A stretch of 64,000 bases of DNA, from NCBI GenBank assembly GCA_963747235.1, contig CAVVEU010000005.1, positions 32,001 to 96,000 of the forward strand, read 5' to 3'. The notes beneath the pieces are model-generated. The model saw only the letters and a list, made by a program, of their open reading frames with translations. It was not told where the DNA came from and did not search any database. Positions 10,476-21,747 of the stretch are shown in pieces; position 1 is the stretch's first letter; every line of letters begins with the position of its first letter. The position numbers and the translations under genes were made by a program. The stretch comes from an uncultured Candidatus Rokubacteria bacterium (lineage in GTDB: Bacteria > Methylomirabilota > Methylomirabilia > Rokubacteriales > CSP1-6).

Positions 10476-11439
10476 GACGCCGGCCCGCGCCGCACCAGGT
10501 CGGCCAGCATCGCGATGAACGCGGGGTGATCGTTGGCGGCGGCGGCCCGATGGAAGCCGATCCCGCTGGCCCCGGCCACCGCCTTCGCCTCCACGTCGAG
10601 ATCGTAGAGCACCTCGACGTGATCGCAGACGAAGCCGACCGGGACCACCACCACGTCGCGCGCGCCGTCCCGCGCCAGCGCGCGGATGACGTCGGCGACG
10701 TCGGGCTCGAGCCACGGATCGCGCGGCGAGCCGCTGCGGCTCTGATAGGCCACGGACCACGCGGCCCGGCCGACCGCGGCGGCGATGGCGCGCGCCGCGG
10801 TCTCGAGCTGGGCCGCGTAGGGCGAGCCCGCGGCCATGGACACCGGGACGCTGTGGGCGGTGAACACGAGCCGCGCGTCGGCCCGGCGCGCGGGCTCGAT
10901 GCCGGCGAGCGCGGCCCGCGCCCGGTCCACCATCGCCTCGATGAACCGCGGGTGCTCGCTCCAGGGCGGCGCGTAGACCACCTCGGGCGCATCGGGGCCG
11001 ACCTTCTCGCGCGCGGCGGCCACGTCCTCCACGTAGCGTGACCACGAGGCCTCGGTCTGCAACGACGACAGGATGATGCCGAGCGCCCGACGGCAGCCCC
11101 GGTCCTTCATCTCGGCCAGGGTCTCGTGCAGGAACGGCTGCCAGTTCCGCATGCCGACCCAGACCGGCAGCGCGCGCCCGCCGGCGGCGAGCGCCGCGCG
11201 CAGGCCCTCGGCCTGGCGCGCGCGTCAGTTCGTTGAGCGGCGAGCGCCCGCCCATCAGGTCGTAGTGATGCGCGACCTCCTCGAGGCGCTCGGGCGGGAT
11301 ACGGCGGCCCGCGGTGACGAGCTGGAGAAACGGGCGCACGTCCTCCGGGCGCTCCGGCCCGCCGAAGGCGATGAGCAGGACCGAATCGATGCCCTCTCCC
11401 TCGGGAGAGGTCGGGGGAGGGTGCCGATCGACGACTCAT
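10472..11439 (-). CDS. hemH: Ferrochelatase (coproporphyrin/protoporphyrin); frameshifts near 11400 and 11220
   Basis: VLLIAFGGPE..EDVRPFL, HYDLMGGRSPLN, MRNWQPF, FTAHSVP, YQSRSG..WLEPD, GFVCDHVEVLYDLD. Confidence 0.9.
11392..11421. repeat. BoxC-like pyrimidine/purine palindromic repeat inside the hemH 5' end
   Basis: CCCTCTCCC-TC-GGGAGAGG-TCGGGGGAGGG, matching copies near 18590, 26070 and 29710. Confidence 0.65.
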
Positions 11440-12475
11440 CGCGCGGACAGCTCGTGGACGATGTCCACGAGGGCCTTCACGTGCTCGACCGGCGTGTCCT
11501 TGTGGATGCCGTGGCCCGAGGTTGAAGACGTGGCCCGGCCGGCCGGCCGCGGCGTCGAGGATCTCGCGGGCCGCGCGGCGGATCGCGGGCACGCCGGCCA
11601 GCAGCACCGCGGGATCCAGGTTGCCCTGCACCGCCACGTCGTGGCCGAGCCGGGCCCACGTGGGCCCGAGCTCCACGCGCCAGTCGAGCCCGATCACGTC
11701 CCCGCCCGCCGCCTTCATGAGCGGCAGCAGCCCGCCGGTGCCCACGCCGAAGTGGATGACCGGCACGCCCGGCCGCAGCGCGGCGATCACACGGCGCGAG
11801 TGCGGGAGCACGAAGTCGCGGTAGTCGGCGGGCGAGAGCGCGCCCACCCACGAGTCGAAGAGCTGCACCGCCTGGACGCCGGCCGCGATCTGCCCGTTCA
11901 GATAGTCGGCGGTGATGTCCGCGAGCCGCGTCATCATCGCGGCCCACGCCGCGGGCTCCTCCCGCATGAGCGTCTTGGTGAGGAGGAACTCGCGCGAAGG
12001 GCCCGCCCTCGATCAGGTACGAGGCGAGCGTGAACGGCGCCCCCGCGAAGCCGATGAGGGGCACGCGGTCGGCGAGCGCCTTGCGCACCCGCCGCACCGT
12101 CTCGAACACGAAGCCGACCGCGTCCTCCACGTCCACCGCGGGCAGCGCCCGCGCGGCCGCCGCGGTGCGCACCGGCCGCGCGATGCGCGGGCCGTCGCCC
12201 GGGGTGAACTCGAGCCCGACCCCGAGCGGCTCGAGCACGAGCAGGATGTCCGCGAAGAGGATCGCCGCGTCCACGCCCAGGCGCTCCACCGGCTGCAGCG
12301 TGACCTCCGCGGCCGCGTCCGGGCTCTTGCACAGCTCGAGAAAGCCGAGCCGCGCGCGCACCGCGCGATACTCCGGCATGTAGCGGCCGGCCTGCCGCAT
12401 GAGCCAGATCGGCGTGAACGGCGTGGGCCGGCGGAGACACGCGTCGAGGAAAGCGGCGGGAACGGCCGGCGACAT
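11436..12475 (-). CDS. hemE: Uroporphyrinogen decarboxylase; frameshifts near 12000 and 11515
   Basis: PIWLMRQAGRYMPEYR, DAAILFADIL, LIGFAGAPFTLASY, VQLFDSW, QGNLDP, FNLG/HGI. Confidence 0.93.
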
Positions 12476-12485
12476 GCTGCCCCGA

Positions 12486-12514
12486 AGCCTACAGGCGGGG
12501 TCTGGCGCAGTCAA
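12486..12514 (-). promoter_or_regulatory. Putative sigma70 promoter of hemE, likely leaderless or near-leaderless
   Basis: Minus strand TTGACT-N17-TAGGCT, ending about 10 nt before ATG 12475. Confidence 0.5.
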
Positions 12515-12553
12515 GGAAGCGGGGCTATGATCCGCCGCGAGGAGGCTCCCCCC

Positions 12554-14227
12554 ATGTCCTTTCTTTCCGGCAAGCAGGCCTTCCTTCAGATCCTGAAGGA
12601 CGAAGGTGTGGACACCATGTTCGGCAATCCCGGCACCACCGAGCTGCCCCTGATGGACGGGCTCGTGCGGGAGCCGAGCATCCGCTACATCCTGGCCCTG
12701 CAGGAAGCGGTCGCCATCAGCATGGCCGACGGGTACGCGCAGGCGAGCGGCAAGCTGGGCGTGGTCAACGTCCACACCTCGCCGGGCCTCGGCAACGCGA
12801 TGGGCATGCTCTACGACGCCTACGAGGCGGGGACGCCGCTCCTGGTGACCGCGGGCCAGCACGATCAGGCCATGAACCTGACCGAGCCCATCCTCTGGTC
12901 CGATCTGCCCCCGGTCGCGCGCCCGTACGTGAAGTGGTCGCACGAGATCACGCGGCTCGAGGACCTGCCGCGCGCGGTCCGCCGCGCGGTCAAGACCGCG
13001 ATGGCGCATCCGACCGGCCCGGTGTTCCTCTCGCTGCCGGTGGACGTGCTGAACGCGGAGCGCGAGCTGGATCTCCTGCAGTCCACCCGCGTGGCCCCGC
13101 GCATCCGCGGCGACCGCGCCGCGATCGAGGCGGCCGCCGATCTGCTGGTGAAGGCGACGCGGCCCATCCTGATCTCGGGCGACGCGGTGGCCCACGGCGA
13201 CGCGCTGGCCGAGATGGCCCAGCTCGCCGAGGTGCTCGGCGCGCCGGTCTATACCGAGTGCGTGCCGTCCACCTGCTCCTTCCCGTTCACGCACCCGCTC
13301 TACCACGGCCCGTTCCCGCGCCTGGGCCAGCCCATCCGCCAGCTCCTGATGCAGCACGACCTGCTGTTCTCGGTGGGCGGCGACCTCTTCACGCTCTCGC
13401 TGCCGTCGGACGTGGAGCCGATGCCGGAAGGGCTGCCGCTCATCCATCTCGACCTCGACCCCTGGGAGCTCGGCAAGAACTACCCGGCCCAGGTGGCGAT
13501 CCAGGGCGATCCGAAGGCGACGCTGCCCGAGCTGGTGGAGGCGCTCAAGCGACGGCTGACCGCGTCGCAGGCCAAGGACGTGAGCGCGCGGGTGGAGAAG
13601 CTACGGATCGCGCAGGAGGCGCGCCGCGAGGCGCTGCGCCAGGAGGCGGCCGCCCAGGCGAGCCGCCACCCGATCAGCCCGCTCGCGCTGGTGGGCGCGG
13701 TCGCGGGCGCGGTGCCCGACGAGGCCATCATCGTGGACGAGACCATCTCCTCGAGCCACGGCGTCCGCGAATTGCTCCGCGCCCGCGACCACCGCGGCTT
13801 CTACGGCCTGCGCGGCGGCGGCATCGGCTGGGGCCTGCCCGCCTCGATCGGCGTGAAGCTGGCCCAGCCCAGCCGGCCGGTGATCGCGCTGGTCGGCGAC
13901 GGCAGCGCCATGTACACGATCCAGTCGCTCTGGACGGCCGCGCACGACTCCGTCGCGGTGGTCTTCGTGATCTTCAACAACCAGTCCTATCGCATCCTCA
14001 AGCAGCGCACCCAGGCGCTCAAGGGCTTCTCCGCCGAGGACAACGAGTACGTGGCGATGGACCTGGTGAAGCCGGGGCTCGACTACGTGGGGCTCGCGAA
14101 GGCGCAGGGCGTGCCGGGCGAGACGGTGGAGAAGACGGCCGACGTGGCCACCGCGATCAAGCGCGGGATGGCGTCGGGCGGGCCCTACCTGGTGGACGTC
14201 CGCATCGACGGCTCGCTCCGCGCCTGA
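12554..14227 (+). CDS. Thiamine-diphosphate-dependent enzyme, benzoylformate decarboxylase-like
   Basis: FGNPGTTELP, LQEAVAISMADGYAQA, GGGIGWGLP, GDGSAMY...NNQSY ThDP motif; GGAGG RBS. Confidence 0.88.
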   Translation: MSFLSGKQAFLQILKDEGVDTMFGNPGTTELPLMDGLVREPSIRYILALQEAVAISMADGYAQASGKLGVVNVHTSPGLGNAMGMLYDAYEAGTPLLVTAGQHDQAMNLTEPILWSDLPPVARPYVKWSHEITRLEDLPRAVRRAVKTAMAHPTGPVFLSLPVDVLNAERELDLLQSTRVAPRIRGDRAAIEAAADLLVKATRPILISGDAVAHGDALAEMAQLAEVLGAPVYTECVPSTCSFPFTHPLYHGPFPRLGQPIRQLLMQHDLLFSVGGDLFTLSLPSDVEPMPEGLPLIHLDLDPWELGKNYPAQVAIQGDPKATLPELVEALKRRLTASQAKDVSARVEKLRIAQEARREALRQEAAAQASRHPISPLALVGAVAGAVPDEAIIVDETISSSHGVRELLRARDHRGFYGLRGGGIGWGLPASIGVKLAQPSRPVIALVGDGSAMYTIQSLWTAAHDSVAVVFVIFNNQSYRILKQRTQALKGFSAEDNEYVAMDLVKPGLDYVGLAKAQGVPGETVEKTADVATAIKRGMASGGPYLVDVRIDGSLRA

Positions 14228-14242
14228 GCGCGGGCGGTCGGC

Positions 14243-17200
14243 TCAGGTGGCCCCGGCCTCCGCGGTGGCCAGGAGCTCGCGCACCCGGTCGGTGAAGACC
14301 TCGGGCGTGAAGGGCTTCGCCACGAACGCGGAGTGCTCGCTGGCCAGCACGGTCCGCGCGGCGGCGTCCTGCACGTAGCCCGAGATGTAGAGCACCGGCA
14401 GCGCGGTCCGCAGCGCGCGCAGCCGCTCGGCCAGGTCGCGGCCCGACATGCCGGGCATCACCATGTCGGTGACGAGCAGGTGGATCTCCCCCTCGTGGAG
14501 CCGCGCGACCTCGATCGCGGCCGCGCCGTTGGGCGCGCCGAGGACGGTGTAGCCGACGCGCTTCAGGATCTCGGTGGCCAGCTCCAGCACCTCCGGCTCG
14601 TCGTCCACCACCAGGACTGTTCGTGACGTGGTTCGCAGGCGCCGCGCCTCGTCGGCGGGCTGGCCGGAAACGGCGACCGGCTCCTCCACGCGCGGCAGAT
14701 GGATGGTGAACGTGGTGCCGCGGCCGAGCTCGCTCTGGACCTGGATGTGGCCGTGGCTCTGCTCCACGATTCCGTAGACGGTCGAGAGCCCGAGACCGGT
14801 CCCCTTGCCCTGCTCCTTGGTAGTAAAAAATGGCTCGAAGATGTGCGCGGCGGTCTCCGCGCTCATGCCGGAGCCGGTATCGCCGACCGCGAGCGCCACG
14901 TAGGGCCCAGGCGGCAGGTTGGTCTGGTGGAGCGCGGCCGCCTCGTCCACCAGGACGTCGCGGATGGAGACGTGGATGCGGCCGCCGTCCGGCATGGCGT
15001 CGCGCGCGTTGACCGCGAGATTCATCAGCACCTGCTGCATCTGGCTGGGATCGGCCTTGACCCGCCCCGTGCCCTCCACCGGCTCGACCATGAGCTCCAT
15101 GTTCTCGCCGATCATCCGCTGCAGCATCGGCAGCAGGTCGGCCACCAGCGGCCCCAGCTCGAGCACGCGCGGCTGCACGACCTGCTTGCGGCTGAAGGCC
15201 AGGAGCTGGCTCGTGAGCGCCACCGCCCGCTGCGAGGTCTTCTGGATCAGGTCCACGTCGCGGTGCATCGGGTCGCCCGGCTTGAGCCGGCTCATCAGCA
15301 TGTGGGCCCGACCGCTGATGACGGTCAGCAGGTTGTTGAAGTCGTGGGCGACCCCGCCCGCGAGGCGGCCCACCGCCTCCATCTTCTGCGCCTGCTGGAG
15401 CTGCATCTCGAGGCTGCTCCGGGCCGCGGCCGCGCGCTTCTCCTCGGTGAGGTCGCGGACGTAGGCGTTGAACGCGGGCGGCCCCTCCATCCGCACCACG
15501 GTGACGGTCAGCTCCACCGGGAACTCGGTCCCGTCGGCGCGCCGCGCGGTCACCTCGATGCGGCCCCCCAGCAGGGTGTGCTCGCCGGTCGCCAGGTAGC
15601 GCGCCAGCCCGCGCCGGTGCGCGTCCTGGAAGGACGGCGGGATGATCACCTCGGCCAGCTCCCGGCCGATGACGTCCGCGCGCGCGTACCCGAACATCCG
15701 CTCGGCCGCCGGGTTGAACTCGCTCACCCGCCCCTGGTGGTCCATGCCGACGAGGGCGTCCATCGCGGTTTCCAGGACCGCGCGATGCCGGGCCTCGCTG
15801 TCGCGCAGCACCGACTCGCCCCGCTTTCGCTCGGAGATGTCGGCCATGCTCCCGACCACGCGCACCGCGCGGCCGGCCGCGTCGCGCACGAACCGGCCGC
15901 GGTCGAGCACGTCGAGGTAGCGGCCGTCGCGGGCCCGGAAGCGGTATTCCGCCTCGAAATCGTCGCCGCCGGCCGCGGCGGCCTGGAAGCGCTCCTCGAC
16001 CCGCGGCCGGTCGTCGGGATGGATCCGCTCGCTCCACCAGTCATACGTCGGCGCGGCCTCTTCGAGGGGGTAGCCGCACATCTCGGTGAGCCCCTGCGTC
16101 CACGTCATCGTGCCGTGCTGCAGGTTCCAGTCGTAGATGGCGGAGCCCACCGCGGACGCGGCGAGCTCGAACCGCTCGTTGGCCCGGCGCAGCCGGCGCT
16201 CGGCGGTCTGCAGCTCGGCGCCGAGCCGGCGGGCCGCGGTGAGCGCGCGGGTCTGCAGGAGCGTGATCACGAAGACGAGGACGCTGATCAGGAGACCGCT
16301 GCCCAGGACCCAGTAGGGCACGAGCCGCTCGGAGAGGGAATGGAAGGCGGGCAGCGTCGCGAGGCGCAGCGTCCAGGTCTGGCCGCCGAACACGACCGGA
16401 ACCGTGCGGCTCAGCTCGCGCGGGGCCTCCGCGGAGCCGGGGTCGCGATCGTAGATGAGGCGGCCCGGCGTCGCCTCGGGCGCGTCGAAGAGCTCCAGAT
16501 CCACCGGCTCGGAGCGGGAGGCGCCGAACAGCTCGTCCATCAGGAGATCGGGCCGGAACGTCGCGGCCACGAAGCCCTCGAAGTGTTGCCGGCGCTCCTC
16601 GACCGTCGCGAGCGAGCGCCCACCCCGATACACCGGGAGGAAGATGACGAAGCCCTGTCCCTCGCTCTGGCGAAACAGGGCGAGCCGCCGGCTCATCGCC
16701 GCGACGCCGGTATCCCGGGCCCGCTCCATGGCCTCCCGATTTTCCGGGCGCGTGGCCACGTCCAGGCCGAACCAGCGCGCCTCGAAGGCCTCGGCGGGCT
16801 CGAGAAACGCCACGGGATGGAACTCCGACTGGCTCTCCACCGGGTGGATCTCGTAGCCGGCGGGCGCGCCGCCCCGGCGCATCAGCGCCTCGTGCGCGGC
16901 CCGGGACGCGGCGGGGACCCGGGGAATCCAGCTCATGCCCGCGGATGCTCGGGTAGCGGGCGTCGAGGCTCAGGCCCGCGACGAAGGACCGGAACTCGGC
17001 GCGCTCCACCGTGCTGCTGCTCGCGAAGAGGGCGCGCAGGCCCATCAGGATCTGCAGGTAGGACTCGAAGCGCCGGTCGATCGCGGCGCGGCCGACCGCC
17101 ACCACCCGGTCGAAGCGCTCCTGCTCGCTGGCGCGCACGGTGCGCTCCGCGTAGCGCCACGCGCCGAGGGTCAGCAGCAGCGTGCAGGCGAGCACGACGT

Positions 17201-17301
17201 AGGCGGGCCACGCGCGGCGGAGGGCGTCGAGGGACGACGGGGTGGGAGGGCCGGCTACGCCGACCGCGGCTCCGGAGCGGCTCGTTCCGACCTGGACTCA
17301 T
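14243..17301 (-). CDS. Hybrid sensor kinase: CHASE - PAS - PAS - HisKA - HATPase - REC; frameshifts near 17230 and 16936; start uncertain
   Basis: CHASE motif GLDVA...RARDTG, PAS motifs HPDDR and RADGTEFPVE, AGGVAHDFNNLL, FEPFFTTK..GKGTGLGL, C-terminal receiver TDMVMP. Confidence 0.9.
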
Positions 17302-17450
17302 GCTACGTCACGCCCGTTTCGATAGTACTCCGTCGCGCGCGCGCCACCAACGCTCTTGCGCTGTGCCGGGCCGCGGGTATACCGTCATTTGCGCATGCCG
17401 GCCCGCGTACGCCGTCCGCGGAATACTCGCCGCTTCGAGAGGAGTCAACG

Positions 17451-18580
17451 ATGACCGAGGGCAGCCAGCTCATCCGGGGTCTGGAGGGCGTGGTGGCCGC
17501 CGAGACGCGTCTCTGCGACCTGGACGGCCGGAACGGCCGCCTGGCCTACGGCGGCTACGATATCGACGAGCTGGCGCGTCAGGCCACCTTCGAGGACGTC
17601 GCCTACCTGCTCTGGCACGACGAGCTGCCCGCGCGGGCGCCGCGCGAGCGATTCCAGGCCGAGCTGGCCGCGGCGCGGCCCATTCCCGACGCGCTGATCC
17701 GCGCCTTCGCCCTCATGCCGCGCGACACCGATCCCATGCGGGTGCTCCAGGCCGCCGTGGCGATCCTCGGCATGCACGATCCGGACGCCACCGACAACTC
17801 GCGCGCGGCCAACCTGCGCAAGTCGGTGCGCCTCACCAGCCAGTTCACCACCGCCATCTGCGCGCATCACCGGGTGCGGAGCGGGCTGGCGCCGGTGCCG
17901 CCGTCGAAGGAGCTCTCCCACGCGGCCAACTTCCTGTACATGCTCACCGGGGAAGCGCCGAGCCCGGTCACCACCCGCGCGGTGGACGCGAGCCTCACGC
18001 TCTACGCCGAGCACGAGCTGAACGCGTCCACCTTCACGACCCGCGTCATCGCGGCCACGCTCTCGGACATGCACTCCGCGGTGGCGGGCGGGGTGGGCGC
18101 GCTGAAGGGCACGCTCCACGGCGGCGCCGGCGAGGCGGTGATGCGCACGCTGCTGGAAGTCGGCACGCTCGACAACGTGGACGCCTTCGTGGACCGCTCG
18201 ATGGGCGAGAAGCGGCGGCTCATGGGCTTCGGGCACCGCGTCTACACCGCGGGCGACCCGCGCGCGACCATCCTGAAGGGCCTCGCCGAGGCGGCCTGCC
18301 GCCAGTCCGGCCAGGCCCTCTGGTACGACCTGGCGGTCGCGCTCCACGCCAAGGTGCAGGCCACCAAGCGTCTCATCCCCAACGTGGACTTCTACTCGGC
18401 GCCGCTCTTCTACTCGATCGGCATCCCGGTGGACCTCTTCACCCCGGTGATCGCGGCGGCCCGCATCGCGGGCTGGACCGCCAACCTGCTCGAGCAGTAC
18501 GACGACAACCGCCTGATCCGCCCCCGCGCCGACTACAAGGGCCACCCCCGCCGCCCCTTCGTCCCCCTCGACAAGCGATC
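17451..18580 (+). CDS. Citrate synthase / 2-methylcitrate synthase family; in-frame stop missing at the expected end (~18580)
   Basis: GLEGVVAAET, YAEHELNAST, GTLHGGA, MGFGHRVY, PNVDF, RLIRPRADY; AGGAG RBS. Confidence 0.9.
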
Positions 18581-18587
18581 GAATCAA

Positions 18588-18670
18588 GGGGAGAGGGTCA
18601 GGGTGAGGGTCCGGTGGAGGAGCGCGAGGCGATCACGGCCCTCACCCGGCCTCTGGAAGGGAGAAGAGAG
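18588..18670. repeat. Two oppositely oriented, degenerate BoxC-like half elements between citrate synthase and aconitase
   Basis: GGGGAGAGGGTCAGGGTGAGGG (18588-18609) and CCCTCACCCGGCCTCT..GGGAGA (from ~18639). Confidence 0.6.
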
Positions 18671-18672
18671 CG

Positions 18673-20610
18673 ATGGGCCAGAGCCTCACGCGCAAGCTCC
18701 TCGACGCCCACCTGGTCTCGGGCAAGACGGTAGCCGGCGAAGAGATCGGGCTCCGCGTGGACCAGGCGCTGCTCACCGACACCAACGGGACCATGGCCTT
18801 CCTGCAGTTCGAGGCCATGGGCTTCCCGCTGGTGCGCCCGTCGCGCGTGGTCGCCTACATCGACCACAACGTGTACCAGGTGGACTCGCGCAACTCGGAC
18901 GACCACCGGTATCTCCAGACCGCCGCGGCCCGGTACGGCGCCTGGTTCTCCAAGCCCGGCAACGGCATCTGCCACCAGGTGCACTTCGAGTCCTTCAGCG
19001 TCCCGGGCCAGTTCGTGCTGGGCACCGACAGCCACACCCCGCTCTGCGGCTCGACCGGCATGCTGGCCATCGGCGCGGGCGGCCTCGACGTGGCGGTGGC
19101 CATGGGCGGCGGGCCGTATCACGTCGTCATGCCGCGCGTGACGCAAGTGTGGCTCACCGGGCGGCTTCGCCCGTGGGTCTCGGCCAAGGACGTGATCATG
19201 GAGCTGCTGCGCCGCTACACGGTGCGCGGGGGCAGCGGCCGCATCTTCGAATATGGCGGGCCCGGCGCGGCGACGCTCTCCCTGCCCCAGCGGGCCACCA
19301 TCTGCAACATGGGCGCCGAGCTGACGCTGACCACCAGCGTGTTCCCGTCGGACGAGGCGACGCGCGAGTACTTCCGGCTCCTCGGACGCGAGGCGGACTG
19401 GCGGCCGCTGGCCCCGGACGCCGACGCGGAGTACGACGACCGGATCGAGCTCGATCTCTCGAGCCTCGAGCCGCTGGTCGCCATGCCCGGATCGCCGGAC
19501 CGCGTGGTCCCGGTGTCGGAGGTCGAGGGGCTCGAGATCGAGCAGGTCATGGTGGGCTCCTGCACCAACTCCTCGTGGGAGGACATGCAGGCGGTGACCC
19601 GCGTGCTCGAGGGCCGGAAGGTCGCGCCGTCGGTCTCCTTCGTGGTCTTCCCGGGCAGCCACCGCATCCTCGAGGTGATGGCGCGCGAGGGACTGCTCGC
19701 GACCCTGCTCGCGGCGGGCGCCACGATCTCCGAGCCCACCTGCGGCGCCTGCGCGGGCATCGGCCACGTGCCCGCCTCGGGCGGACGCAGCCTGCGCGCC
19801 TTCAACCGCAACTTCCCGGGCCGGAGCGGCACGAAGGACGACGCGGTCTACCTGTGCTCGCCGCTGACCGCCGCCGTGTCGGCCCTGACAGGAAGGATCA
19901 GCGACCCTCGAAAAGCCGGCACCCCGCCCGAGCGGCACTGGCCGGCCACCCTGGTGGCCTCGGTGGCCGGGCTGATCCCGCCACTCTCGCCGTCCGAGGC
20001 GGCCGGCGTCGAGGTCCTGAAGGGCCCGAACATCAAGCCGGTGCCGCGCGGCGTGCCGACCGAGGAGCGCCTGAGCGCGCCGGTGCTCATCAAGCTCGGC
20101 GACAAGGTCTCCACCGACGACATCTCGCCCTCCGGCACCGCGGTGCTGATGTTCCGCTCCAACGTGCCGGCCATCTCGGAGTTCTGCTTCCGCAACGTGG
20201 ATCCCGACTTCGTGGCCCGCGCCCGCGCGGCGGGCGGGGGCGTCATCGTGGGCGGCGAGATCTACGGCCAGGGCTCCTCGCGCGAGGCGGCGGTGCTCTC
20301 GCCGCTCCACCTGGGCGTGCGGGCGGTGCTGGCCAAGAGCTTCGCCCGCATCCACCGCTCCAACCTGATCAACTGGGGTATCGCGCCGCTCGAGTTCGAG
20401 AACCCGGCGGACGCCGACGCCATCGAGCGCGACGACGTGCTCGACTTCGAGAGCCTGCGCGAGAGCCTCGCGGCGGGCAGCGCCGTCGCGGTGGTGAACC
20501 GGCGCACCGGGGCGCGCTTCCGCGTGCGCTCGATCCTGAGCCCGCGCGAGCGCGACATGCTGCTGGCCGGCGGCCTGCTCACCCAGACCGCCGCCTCCAG
20601 GGGGGAATAG
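18673..20610 (+). CDS. Aconitate hydratase family, short (645 aa) Aquifex/archaeal-like type
   Basis: IDHN, PGNGICHQVH, GTDSHTP, GSCTN and CGACAGIG (three Fe-S Cys), FNRNF, STDDISP, YGQGSSRE swivel domain. Confidence 0.9.
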   Translation: MGQSLTRKLLDAHLVSGKTVAGEEIGLRVDQALLTDTNGTMAFLQFEAMGFPLVRPSRVVAYIDHNVYQVDSRNSDDHRYLQTAAARYGAWFSKPGNGICHQVHFESFSVPGQFVLGTDSHTPLCGSTGMLAIGAGGLDVAVAMGGGPYHVVMPRVTQVWLTGRLRPWVSAKDVIMELLRRYTVRGGSGRIFEYGGPGAATLSLPQRATICNMGAELTLTTSVFPSDEATREYFRLLGREADWRPLAPDADAEYDDRIELDLSSLEPLVAMPGSPDRVVPVSEVEGLEIEQVMVGSCTNSSWEDMQAVTRVLEGRKVAPSVSFVVFPGSHRILEVMAREGLLATLLAAGATISEPTCGACAGIGHVPASGGRSLRAFNRNFPGRSGTKDDAVYLCSPLTAAVSALTGRISDPRKAGTPPERHWPATLVASVAGLIPPLSPSEAAGVEVLKGPNIKPVPRGVPTEERLSAPVLIKLGDKVSTDDISPSGTAVLMFRSNVPAISEFCFRNVDPDFVARARAAGGGVIVGGEIYGQGSSREAAVLSPLHLGVRAVLAKSFARIHRSNLINWGIAPLEFENPADADAIERDDVLDFESLRESLAAGSAVAVVNRRTGARFRVRSILSPRERDMLLAGGLLTQTAASRGE

Positions 20611-20613
20611 CTC

Positions 20614-21711
20614 ATGGCCCAGCACCGCATCCGGGCGGTCTACATGCGCGGCGGCACCAGCCGCTGCCTCGCCTTTCACGAGCGCGATCTGCCGCCGGCG
20701 GGGCCCGAGCGCGACCGCATCCTGCTCTCCGCGCTGGGCAGCCCCGATCCCTACGGCCGCCAGCTCAACGGGCTCGGCGGCGGCATCTCCTCGCTGTCGA
20801 AGGCCTTCATCATCGGCGCGCCCACGCACCCGGACGCCCAGGTGGACTACACCTTCGCGCAGGTCGAGGTGGGCCGGGCCGTGGTGGACTACACCGGCAA
20901 CTGCGGCAACTGCTCCTCGGCGGTGGGCCCCTTCGCCATCGACGAGCGGCTCGTGCCGTCGGCCGACGGGGAGACCCCGGTACGGATCCACAACACCAAC
21001 ACCAAGAAGATCATCGTGGCGCGCGTGCCGGTCACGGACGGCGAGGCCGCGGTGCTGGGCGACTTCGAGCTGCCGGGCGTGGCCGGCCTCGGCGCGCGCA
21101 TCGCGCTCGACTTCCTCGACCCGGGCGGCTCCCGAACCGGCCGGCTGCTGCCCTCCGGTCGGGCGCGCGAGATCATCGCGGGCGTCGAGGCTTCGATGGT
21201 GGACGCCACCAACCCGATGGTCTTCGTTCGCGCCAAGGACCTCGGGCTGACCGGCACCGAGACGCCGCAGGCGATGGACGGCGACCGAGCGCTGGTGGCG
21301 CGGCTCGAGGCCATTCGCGTGGGCGCCGCGGAGGCCATGGGCATCCCGGGCAGCGCGGCCACCCCGAAGATCGCGGTGGTGGCGCCGCCCACCGGCTTCG
21401 TCGCGCTCGACGGCGCCGCCTACGACGCCGAGCAGACCGACGTGGTGGCGCGCTGCATCTCGATGGGCAATGCCCATCGCGCGTTCGCGCTGACCGCGGC
21501 CATGTGCCTGGCGGTGGCCGCCCAGATCGACGGCACGGTGGTGAGCGAGTGCGCGGGCGGCCGCGTGGGCGACCTGCGGCTCGGGCACCCGTCGGGCGTG
21601 CTCCCGATCGCGGCGACGGTGGGCCGCAAGGACGGCGCGGCCTGGGCCGAGCGCGTGACCGTGTACCGGACGGCGCGCCGGCTGATGGAAGGCTACGTGA
21701 GGGTGCCGTGA
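20614..21711 (+). CDS. prpF: PrpF/FldA family isomerase (2-methylaconitate cis-trans isomerase-like)
   Basis: YMRGGTSR, GSPDPYGRQLNGLGGG.SSLSK, GNCGN, GHPSG, RTARRLMEG. Confidence 0.9.
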   Translation: MAQHRIRAVYMRGGTSRCLAFHERDLPPAGPERDRILLSALGSPDPYGRQLNGLGGGISSLSKAFIIGAPTHPDAQVDYTFAQVEVGRAVVDYTGNCGNCSSAVGPFAIDERLVPSADGETPVRIHNTNTKKIIVARVPVTDGEAAVLGDFELPGVAGLGARIALDFLDPGGSRTGRLLPSGRAREIIAGVEASMVDATNPMVFVRAKDLGLTGTETPQAMDGDRALVARLEAIRVGAAEAMGIPGSAATPKIAVVAPPTGFVALDGAAYDAEQTDVVARCISMGNAHRAFALTAAMCLAVAAQIDGTVVSECAGGRVGDLRLGHPSGVLPIAATVGRKDGAAWAERVTVYRTARRLMEGYVRVP

Positions 21712-21747
21712 CCGCGGGCGCCCGCCCGCGCTGACCCCGCGCTAAAC

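Noticed and set aside
9078-11339. Apparent ferrochelatase-HemY fusion in the ORF track
   Set aside because: A frameshift near 11220 throws the hemH 5' part into the hemY frame; the true hemH C-terminus has its own stop at 10472.
14699-21734. Very long ORFs 14699..18733 (1344 aa), 16935..21734 (1599 aa) and 18598..21588 as giant novel proteins
   Set aside because: These are shadow or off-frame ORFs typical of high-GC DNA (Arg/Gly/Pro-rich, overlapping well-supported genes). Only the citrate synthase part of 16935..21734 is real.
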